Shown: piece by piece, positions 52,472-59,410 of the stretch
How positions within the stretch are numbered: the stretch's first letter is position 1
Layout of the letters: each line of letters starts with the position of its first letter
Virus record (IMG/VR): IMGVR_UViG_3300009431_000002
Location: 32,001-96,000 of that record
Direction: 5' to 3' (one strand)
From: a virus
Taxonomy: Duplodnaviria > Caudoviricetes
Length of the DNA stretch: 64,000 nucleotides
Position numbers and translations under genes: made by a program
Notes under the pieces: generated by a model
Databases searched by the model: none
Told to the model about the DNA's origin: nothing
Seen by the model: only the letters and a program-made list of their open reading frames with translations

Positions 52472-53377
52472 TCAGGCGACGCCGGCGGCCTTGGCCCTCG
52501 CCACGGCGTCAGCGATCTTGGCGCCGTAGTCCTGGGCCTTGCCCGGGCCGTTGTAGTACCGGGCGAATGTGACGTAGTCGCCGTCCTTGAGCGCCTGGTG
52601 CATCTTGACGTTGCTCTCGATGAACTCGAACATGCCGTCGATCTGCTCGGCGGCGGACTTGGACCACGCGTTGACCATGGCCACGGCGTTGTCGTAGCCG
52701 CAGGTCTCGGCGTTGAAGCCCATCATCTGGGGCAGGCCGAACGAGGTGGCGTCGTAGGCGGCCTCGGCGTCCAGGGACACGGCCAGGGCCAGCACCTTCC
52801 ACTCGTTCTTCTGGGTGCCGTGGCACTTCTCCCACTCGCCGTCGGGCTCGAAGCGCACCATGTGGCCGGTCCAGCGCTTGTCGGCGTTGTACTTGAAGTG
52901 CTGACGGAACTTGGCCTTGTTCGCCTCGCTCTTCTTGCCCCAGTAGTCCCAGAACACGTGGTTCTCGAACCGGGCCAGGAGGGCGCCCTTGTAGCCGAAG
53001 GCCATCCCGCCGGCCTCGACGAGCAGCACGGCCAGCACGGCCGACGGGGCGAACCCCATCTCGACCGCCTGCTCCTGCAGCACCTTGCCGTACTTGTTCC
53101 AGGTCTGCGCGAGGCGGGAGCCACCGCTCAGCAGGGTGTCCGGCTCCATGCCGGTCTTGGGCGGGTCGTCGATCAGCTTGAGCCAGATGTGCGGGCCGAC
53201 AGCGCCGTCGAAGGTGAGGTCGTTCTTCCGGCAGAAGTCCTTGACCGCACGCTCGGTGCCGCGGCCGAAGATGCCGTCGGGCCGACCGGCGTTGCAGTTG
53301 TGGATGTTCAGCCGCTCCTGCAGCTCCTTGACGGTGTCGTTGCGGTCGCCACGCTTCACGATGTCTCTGCTTGTCAC
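52472..53377 (-). CDS. modular endolysin: PG-binding domain plus N-acetylmuramidase (DUF3380/PF11860-like)
   Basis: GDRNDTVKELQERL..DGIFG..T..AVKDF; VEAGG, RFENHVF, SFGLPQMMGFN, FARYYNGP. Confidence 0.9.
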   Translation of the reverse strand: MTSRDIVKRGDRNDTVKELQERLNIHNCNAGRPDGIFGRGTERAVKDFCRKNDLTFDGAVGPHIWLKLIDDPPKTGMEPDTLLSGGSRLAQTWNKYGKVLQEQAVEMGFAPSAVLAVLLVEAGGMAFGYKGALLARFENHVFWDYWGKKSEANKAKFRQHFKYNADKRWTGHMVRFEPDGEWEKCHGTQKNEWKVLALAVSLDAEAAYDATSFGLPQMMGFNAETCGYDNAVAMVNAWSKSAAEQIDGMFEFIESNVKMHQALKDGDYVTFARYYNGPGKAQDYGAKIADAVARAKAAGVA

Positions 53378-53793
53378 GTCGTCTCCTTGATGAGTCTGTG
53401 GTACCCCTCGGCAGTGAGGTCCCGTTGTAGTTCCTTCAGGCTGCCAGCACCATAGACTGCGCGCAACAGCTTGTCGCGGTCCTCACGTAAGTGCGTCTCG
53501 TTGCGGACGTGCTGCTCGGCCGTCGCCTTCCACGCCACGGCATCTGGATGGACGGGGTCGCCCTGCTCGACGCAGGTTTTGCCGACCTGGGAGCACTGGA
53601 TGGTCGGCACCCCGCCCAGCATCCGAGCGTCCTCATCAGCGAGGTTGACGGTGGTGCCGTCCTCCACGGGAACCCACGCGGGGTCGTCGAGGTCCTGCTC
53701 TTCGAGGACGAACAAGTCGCCCTTCCTGAGCTCCATGAAGTCGACCGCCACCTTGTCGAGGCGGTGGCACTTGCGCGTCTTCGGGTCGCTCAC
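53374..53793 (-). CDS. hypothetical protein
   Basis: GTGA coupling. Confidence 0.65.
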   Translation of the reverse strand: MSDPKTRKCHRLDKVAVDFMELRKGDLFVLEEQDLDDPAWVPVEDGTTVNLADEDARMLGGVPTIQCSQVGKTCVEQGDPVHPDAVAWKATAEQHVRNETHLREDRDKLLRAVYGAGSLKELQRDLTAEGYHRLIKETT

Positions 53794-54017
53794 GGCTCGC
53801 GCACCTCGATGGGGTCCCACTCGCAGCCCTTGGGCGCGCCGGGGCAAGCGAGGATCCAGCTCTCGCCGGTCCGGGGGTTGAAACGGATGCACTCGTGGTC
53901 CGAGCACTCCACGTCGTAGAGCACTGGGCCATCGCTCGATGCGTCCGCGTCGAGGAGCACACCGACGCCGATGCAGGCGGTGGCGAGGATGACCGCCAGG
54001 AAAGTGTTGAGCTTCAT
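53790..54017 (-). CDS. small secreted Cys-containing protein
   Basis: MKLNTFLAVILATA signal; four mature Cys. Confidence 0.65.
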   Translation of the reverse strand: MKLNTFLAVILATACIGVGVLLDADASSDGPVLYDVECSDHECIRFNPRTGESWILACPGAPKGCEWDPIEVREP

Positions 54018-54526
54018 GTCCTGTCCTCCCTCGGGTAGCGGACCTCGATGGCTGTGCGCGCCACCTCGTAGTCACCCTCGACGTCCGTCGTCATGTGGAT
54101 GCGCGCCGGAAGGCCATCCTCGTTCGGTGACAGCACGTGGATGAGCTTGTGCTCCGACTCGGGCTTCCCGTCTTCCCCCGGGAAGCTCACCGTGCCGACG
54201 ATCATCAGTTCGTGGGCCAGCATGGGCCACCGCTTGCTGGGGTAGTCGCCCGACGCACCCACACCGCCCACCCACGGCACGCCAATCACCGGCAGATCCC
54301 CGGTGACGTCGACGAACACCTCCGGCACGAAGTCTCCCCACTGCTGGTGGTCTCGGCCGGTCTTCTGCCACCGTCGGGCAGCGACCATGCCTGCGTCGAC
54401 GGCCCGGATGCCCTCGTCGGGGCGCTGGACATCCACGATGAAGTGGAACACCCCTGAGTCGTCGCGCATCTCCACGACAATCCGCTTGTGGCCTCTGCCG
54501 ACGACGGCATCGCCGACCCCCGTCAT
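54014..54526 (-). CDS. hypothetical protein
   Basis: ATGA coupling. Confidence 0.65.
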   Translation of the reverse strand: MTGVGDAVVGRGHKRIVVEMRDDSGVFHFIVDVQRPDEGIRAVDAGMVAARRWQKTGRDHQQWGDFVPEVFVDVTGDLPVIGVPWVGGVGASGDYPSKRWPMLAHELMIVGTVSFPGEDGKPESEHKLIHVLSPNEDGLPARIHMTTDVEGDYEVARTAIEVRYPREDRT

Positions 54527-55173
54527 GTCCAGATCTCCTGCACCCAGCGGCACTCCTTGGGCTTGGGTCCACGGACGCCCGTGTGGTCCTTGTACATCAG
54601 CCGCCAGGGGTGAACGGGGTCATGGCCAAGCAGCAGTCCATGCCCGAGCTCGTGGGCGAGGACGCAGACGCTGTCGAACTTGGACAGGTCGTCAGGGATG
54701 AAGATGCGGCCGGCGATGACCTTGCGGCTGAGGTTCCAGAACAGCTCGCAGTCGCCGAGCTCCTCCCCCTTGCCCTGCGGCGACGTGGATGTGTCGCCGT
54801 GGACGCCGAACCCGCCGACGGTGCTGGCGCCGAACTGGGTCTTGCCGTCGAGCGGCTCGAAGTCCCGGCACCCCACCATCAAGTCCTTGCTGCCCAGGTA
54901 GTCGAAGTCCACCAGCATGAAGGCGGGGCCGATGCCGGCGCGCTTCTTGAGCCGGTGGTTCCAGATCTCCGTGGCGCGGCGCAGCGCGTCCTGGACGTGG
55001 TCCGGTGTGTCGGGCCACCAGCCCACGCGCAGGGGCAGCGGGTGCTCTGGAAGCAGGACGGGCTGGGCCATCTGGGCCTTGCGCAGCTTGCGCGGGCGCC
55101 CAACCAACTCCTCGGCCATGTCCGGGTCCAGCGGGACCCGCAGGCGAATCTTCTCAGCGGTCAGCGGCATCAC
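54523..55173 (-). CDS. matrixin/metzincin (M10-like) metalloprotease
   Basis: HELGHGLLLGH (HExxHxxxxxH) and the LMY Met-turn. Confidence 0.85.
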   Translation of the reverse strand: MMPLTAEKIRLRVPLDPDMAEELVGRPRKLRKAQMAQPVLLPEHPLPLRVGWWPDTPDHVQDALRRATEIWNHRLKKRAGIGPAFMLVDFDYLGSKDLMVGCRDFEPLDGKTQFGASTVGGFGVHGDTSTSPQGKGEELGDCELFWNLSRKVIAGRIFIPDDLSKFDSVCVLAHELGHGLLLGHDPVHPWRLMYKDHTGVRGPKPKECRWVQEIWT

Positions 55174-55528
55174 TTCCCCCAGCGGCCTTGAGCCTACGAT
55201 CTCGTTCCACCAGTGCCAAGACGATCTCCTCCTCGCCCATGCCCCGGGCCACCATCTGTCGGATGGCCTCGTCCTCGGGCAGGGCGTCGAGGACGGCCGT
55301 GGTCGGTAGGGCGATGGGCTTGCCGTCGATGGTCACCCGCCACGGCTCGACGAGCTGAACGGCCCCCTCGTCGCCGACGAGCGTGAACGTGCAGTGCCCG
55401 TACTCCAGCAGCTGCATGACGAGCAGGGCGCCGAGCTCCCACCGACAGGCCTCCGAGGTCATCGTCTTTCGGTCGATGGGGACCTCTTCCGAGGCCGTCT
55501 TGGCGCGCTGCTTTGACTTGACTCGCAT
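55154..55528 (-). CDS. hypothetical protein, probably leaderless
   Basis: ATG 7 nt after a GATACT -10-like box. Confidence 0.65.
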   Translation of the reverse strand: MRVKSKQRAKTASEEVPIDRKTMTSEACRWELGALLVMQLLEYGHCTFTLVGDEGAVQLVEPWRVTIDGKPIALPTTAVLDALPEDEAIRQMVARGMGEEEIVLALVERDRRLKAAGGSDAADR

Positions 55529-55535
55529 CGGCACG

Positions 55536-55565
55536 AGTATCGTTCCGTAGCGTTCAGTCTGTCAA
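55536..55565 (-). promoter_or_regulatory. sigma70-like promoter TTGACA-18-GATACT
   Basis: + strand TGTCAA at 55560-55565 and AGTATC at 55536-55541. Confidence 0.55.
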
Positions 55566-55632
55566 CCGATTCCATGACAAACTCCAGGCTGTTGCAACGG
55601 AAACTCCTCTACGAGAGGCAGGGCACCTTGGG

Positions 55633-55657
55633 GGTCGACGACACTGTGTCGTCGACC
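55633..55657. repeat. 25-bp palindrome GGTCGACGACAC-T-GTGTCGTCGACC (copy 5)
   Basis: perfect 12-bp arms between divergent promoters. Confidence 0.85.
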
Positions 55658-55707
55658 AGTCGAGGCGAACTGCGACGGGGCAACGAAGCGAAAGCTGCGA
55701 GTTGTTC

Positions 55708-55717
55708 GCTATAAGGG
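55708..55717 (+). promoter_or_regulatory. phage promoter-like motif GCTATAAGGG
   Basis: recurrent motif, then GGAGG and GTG at 55746. Confidence 0.6.
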
Positions 55718-55745
55718 CCCCAACTAGCAATCACCTGGAGGTACC

Positions 55746-56696
55746 GTGAATCAGATCCCCACCATGCGGATGAGCATCGAGGACTCCATCGTCCTCAATG
55801 AGCCGCCGTACGTGGACGCGACCGGCCTGGCCGCGTTCCTCGCAGACCACCTGAAGTTCGTCCCGACCGTGCTGTACGGCCCCAAGGGCATCGGCAAGAC
55901 GCTGTGCCTCGAGTGGCTGGCGCACACGCTCAACCTCGCCAACCTGCAGGTCTCGTGCACCGAGGGGACCAAGGAGAAGCACCTCTTCGGTGCCATGGCC
56001 CCGAGCGACACTCCCGACCAGTACTGGTTCGTCCTCGGAGCCCTGGCCGCGGCCACCGACATGGCCAACGAGATCGCCAAGACCAAGGAGTGCGACGGCG
56101 TGATGCTGCGACTCGGCGAGGTCAACGCCCTGACGCCCCAGATGCAGAAGTCGCTCAACGCCTTCACGGACTGGCAGCAGGCCGTTCACCTCCCGCAGAT
56201 CGGGCGGGCGCTCCAGCTCGCCGAGGAGGCCAGGGTCTGGGTCGTCGCCGACATGAATCCCAGCGCCCACGGCGGCGTCTTCGACCTCAACGAGGACCTC
56301 AAGTCCAGGTTCCAGGAGGTGTGGCTCTCCTACCCGCACCCCACGCAGGAGCGCGTCATCCTCAACACGGTCGTGCCCGGCATCGACAGCGACGTCATCA
56401 CCAACATGCTCGACCTCGCCACCCAGACGCGGCAGGGCTCACTGTCCTACGCGCTGTCGACCCGCGACCTCGTCGCCTGCCTCCAGAACGCCTATGGCCG
56501 CGACGACAACAAGCCCATGGGCCTGGACAAGGCGCTCAAGCTCCTGTCCTACCGCTACACCGAGGGCGAGGACCGCGACGCCTTCCACGCGCGGACCAAG
56601 GCCAAGACCGACATCGACCTGGCCGGCATCGCGTTGATGACCCCGCCCAACCTCTCGTCGCCGGCGACGCCCGGCCGCGCCCGGGCATCGATCTGA
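55746..56696 (+). CDS. MoxR/CbbQ/NorQ-type AAA+ ATPase
   Basis: YGPKGIGKT, VSCTEGT...LFG, LGEVN (Walker B D to G), MNP..HGG..DLNEDLKSRF, STRDL. Confidence 0.85.
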   Translation: MNQIPTMRMSIEDSIVLNEPPYVDATGLAAFLADHLKFVPTVLYGPKGIGKTLCLEWLAHTLNLANLQVSCTEGTKEKHLFGAMAPSDTPDQYWFVLGALAAATDMANEIAKTKECDGVMLRLGEVNALTPQMQKSLNAFTDWQQAVHLPQIGRALQLAEEARVWVVADMNPSAHGGVFDLNEDLKSRFQEVWLSYPHPTQERVILNTVVPGIDSDVITNMLDLATQTRQGSLSYALSTRDLVACLQNAYGRDDNKPMGLDKALKLLSYRYTEGEDRDAFHARTKAKTDIDLAGIALMTPPNLSSPATPGRARASI

Positions 56697-56947
56697 TGCC
56701 TGACGACAAGCACAAGACCCGCTGGCTCCAGATCGGCGAGCTCTGGGTGAAGGAGGGCGACGTCTCCGACCTCAAGGCCAGCGGCTTCCTCAGCATGGGG
56801 CTGCTCGGCGAGGTCTCCGTCATCCTGCGGCCGCAGAGGCACGACACCAGCCGGCTCAGCATCCTCATCGCCAAGGACAGCACGCCGCTCAAGCTGCTCG
56901 AGCGGCTCGTCAAGGCCGTGGAGGGAGGTGAAGATGTCCCATTCTGA
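56696..56947 (+). CDS. hypothetical protein
   Basis: TGATG coupling. Confidence 0.6.
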   Translation: MPDDKHKTRWLQIGELWVKEGDVSDLKASGFLSMGLLGEVSVILRPQRHDTSRLSILIAKDSTPLKLLERLVKAVEGGEDVPF

Positions 56948-57347
56948 CCCGTTCGGCGCGTTCCGCGGCCGCGACGTCCCGCACGCCTGGAACTGCGGCC
57001 ACTGCGGCGCCGAGGGCAAGGGCCACGAGCTCCTGCTGGACTCCGGCGGCGACTGGCACTGCCCCGACTGCTGCTCGAGCTCCGACCTCGACCTCGGCCT
57101 GCCTGCGCCCCTGGCGCTGGTTCGCATCACCATCCCGGCCTACACCGTCCAGTGCCTCCGTGGCGCCTTCCAGCTGGCCGAGGGTGAAGAACTGAGGCTC
57201 GTTCAGGTCCTCGACCTCATCGGCGACGAGATCCAGGTCTACGGCCGTGAGCACGACCGCGAGGTCCTCGACGCCGTGCCCATCCAGATCGCCACCACCG
57301 TCAAGATCATCGAGCCCGAGGACGAGCCATGCCCGACATCCGAGTAG
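56934..57347 (+). CDS. zinc-ribbon protein
   Basis: CGHCG...WHCPDC. Confidence 0.65.
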   Translation: MSHSDPFGAFRGRDVPHAWNCGHCGAEGKGHELLLDSGGDWHCPDCCSSSDLDLGLPAPLALVRITIPAYTVQCLRGAFQLAEGEELRLVQVLDLIGDEIQVYGREHDREVLDAVPIQIATTVKIIEPEDEPCPTSE

Positions 57348-57685
57348 AGCTGGCCTTCGACGCCTTCGACATCGACGAGCAGTACACCACCGAAGACGCG
57401 CTGATCGCCGCCTGCGCACAGGTGAGCGAGCGCATCCCAGGCCTGGACCCCCGCACCGCCTTCACCTGCACTATGCCCAACGGCGACCGCTTCCTCGTCG
57501 ACTACTTCGAGGCCGACGTGCACGGCAGCCCCAAGATCACGGAGCTCGACCTCCCGCCCGAGAAGAGCGAGGAGGAACAGGAACTGGAGCGGCTGGAGGC
57601 TGCGCTCGAGGAGAGCGGTGGTCGTGGCGTCGAGCTGGCTGAGCGCATCGACGAGCTCCGACGCGACCTCGGGAAGGAGCTCTGA
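57329..57685 (+). CDS. hypothetical protein
   Basis: GAGGA RBS. Confidence 0.65.
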   Translation: MPDIRVELAFDAFDIDEQYTTEDALIAACAQVSERIPGLDPRTAFTCTMPNGDRFLVDYFEADVHGSPKITELDLPPEKSEEEQELERLEAALEESGGRGVELAERIDELRRDLGKEL

Positions 57686-57894
57686 TGCCTGACCCGACCA
57701 AGCCCGACTTCTCCCGCGTCGTCGAGATGGCCGAAGGGACCTGGAACTCCACCGAGATCGCCCTGTACACCGACCGCCTGACAGACGAGCAGCAGGCGGA
57801 GATCCGCCGCATCCTCGTCGACGCCACTGCCGAGTACGCCGCCAAGGTCGCGGAGGCCTGGACCCTCGTCCTCAACTCGTGGAAGGAGGCCTGA
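57685..57894 (+). CDS. hypothetical protein
   Basis: TGATG coupling. Confidence 0.65.
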   Translation: MPDPTKPDFSRVVEMAEGTWNSTEIALYTDRLTDEQQAEIRRILVDATAEYAAKVAEAWTLVLNSWKEA

Positions 57895-58361
57895 TGCCCT
57901 GGTTCGTCTGCGCCACCTCGAGCAGCAACCCCGACTACAACGGCGATGGCGACTACGCCCTCGTCTACATCGGCCACAGGGCCACCACGAACACGCCCTA
58001 CAACTTGCTGCGCTTCATCGGCGACGTCGCACGACTCAAGCACAGCATCGGCGCCCTGTACAAGCTGGTGCTGTGGGACTCGTCGGTCCGCTACTTCTCC
58101 TCGTTCTTCGTCGACGCCGAGGGCGGTGGGTCCGATCTCCCGGAGGAGCTGGTGGCGGCCGACGATGAGATCACCGAGGTCTCGGAGGAGTTCGCCAAGT
58201 CCTGCGTCGACCACCAGATCAGCGTCGAGGCCGACACGCTCCACGTGACCCACGAGAAGGTCTTCTGGACCGCCCACGTCAAGCACTCGGACGTCGTCCT
58301 GACCACATCCACACGATTCACCAAGGAGCTCCTGCTGGGGCTCGAGAAGAGGGAGAGGTGA
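57894..58361 (+). CDS. hypothetical protein
   Basis: TGATG coupling. Confidence 0.65.
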   Translation: MPWFVCATSSSNPDYNGDGDYALVYIGHRATTNTPYNLLRFIGDVARLKHSIGALYKLVLWDSSVRYFSSFFVDAEGGGSDLPEELVAADDEITEVSEEFAKSCVDHQISVEADTLHVTHEKVFWTAHVKHSDVVLTTSTRFTKELLLGLEKRER

Positions 58362-58876
58362 TGGCAACCTACGTTCTCGCTGCGTTCCTGGTCGACGATG
58401 ACGACCCCGAGGTCGCTCGGGGCATCGTCCGCAACTCCACGGCCTTCGACTGCGTCGGGGCCAGCCCGCGCATCCGCGACGGCCGCATCTTCGCCGTCGC
58501 GTCCGAGGAGGAGTACCTCGGCGCCAAGCCCCCGCCCGACTTCTCCGACCAGGCGGCCGAGATCGCCCACTGGTTCACGACCAAGGAGGTCGTCTCCGAG
58601 TACCTGGACGAGGCGATCCACGGCGAGAAGGGGAGGGAGGGGTCTGCGGTCAACAACGCCGACCTCGCCGAGCAGGTCGAGTACCTGCTCGGCCGCAACT
58701 GGTCGGAGCACGACATCTGCGTCGCCGTGATGGGCGAAGCGTCGCACATCGACCTCGTCGTCGAGTGCGGCAGCTGCCGCCGCGCGACGTCCAAGCGCGT
58801 CGCGGAGGTCAAGGGCAAAGGCCCGGGCGTCCGGCGCTGGCAGTGCCCCGACTGCGACGACAACTCGGGGGCCTGA
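58358..58876 (+). CDS. hypothetical protein with C-terminal zinc ribbon
   Basis: CGSC...WQCPDC. Confidence 0.65.
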   Translation: MMATYVLAAFLVDDDDPEVARGIVRNSTAFDCVGASPRIRDGRIFAVASEEEYLGAKPPPDFSDQAAEIAHWFTTKEVVSEYLDEAIHGEKGREGSAVNNADLAEQVEYLLGRNWSEHDICVAVMGEASHIDLVVECGSCRRATSKRVAEVKGKGPGVRRWQCPDCDDNSGA

Positions 58877-58878
58877 TC

Positions 58879-58888
58879 GGGCACAAGG
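58879..58888 (+). promoter_or_regulatory. phage promoter-like motif GGGCACAAGG
   Basis: recurrent motif, leading to a 7-codon ORF. Confidence 0.5.
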
Positions 58889-59021
58889 AGTACAACGCCA
58901 ACCGAGGGAGGTACCAGAGCATGCAGTCGCTCGACGGCTTATGACCCCCAACGGGGTGGTCCGGCGTCCGACCACGGGCGCCGGGCCGCCTGCTCCCTCC
59001 CGGCAATTAGCTGGAGATGGC

Positions 59022-59033
59022 GGCACAAGAAGG
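59022..59033 (+). promoter_or_regulatory. phage promoter-like motif GGCACAAGAAGG preceded by ATTAGC
   Basis: near-identical context to 30692. Confidence 0.6.
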
Positions 59034-59050
59034 ACAACTACTACGAGGAG

Positions 59051-59410
59051 ATGCCCATGCCTGTACCCAAGCCCAGTGACGTCCCCGAGGGGGACAAGGT
59101 CCTCTTCCTCACGATCCGCGACGACCACGCCGTCATCCTGGCCCGCGCCAAGGTCGACGGCGAGTACGCCACCCTCGCCTGCCACATGGTCAAGCCACAC
59201 AGCGCCGTCGGCCCCTCCTTCGAGGGCCCCGACGGCACGCGCATCGTACCCATTGGCGTCGTCTCGGGGCTGACCGAGGCCGACTTCGCTCGCGTCACCG
59301 ACCTCGAGGGCGCGCCCCTGCAGAAGCTGAAGCTGGATGAAGATGGACCCGGACCTGCTGATCGTGATCCTGCTGCTGACGGTGCTGGCCGTGGCGGCGT
59401 GGAGAAGTAG
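59051..59410 (+). CDS. hypothetical protein
   Basis: GAGGAG RBS. Confidence 0.65.
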   Translation: MPMPVPKPSDVPEGDKVLFLTIRDDHAVILARAKVDGEYATLACHMVKPHSAVGPSFEGPDGTRIVPIGVVSGLTEADFARVTDLEGAPLQKLKLDEDGPGPADRDPAADGAGRGGVEK

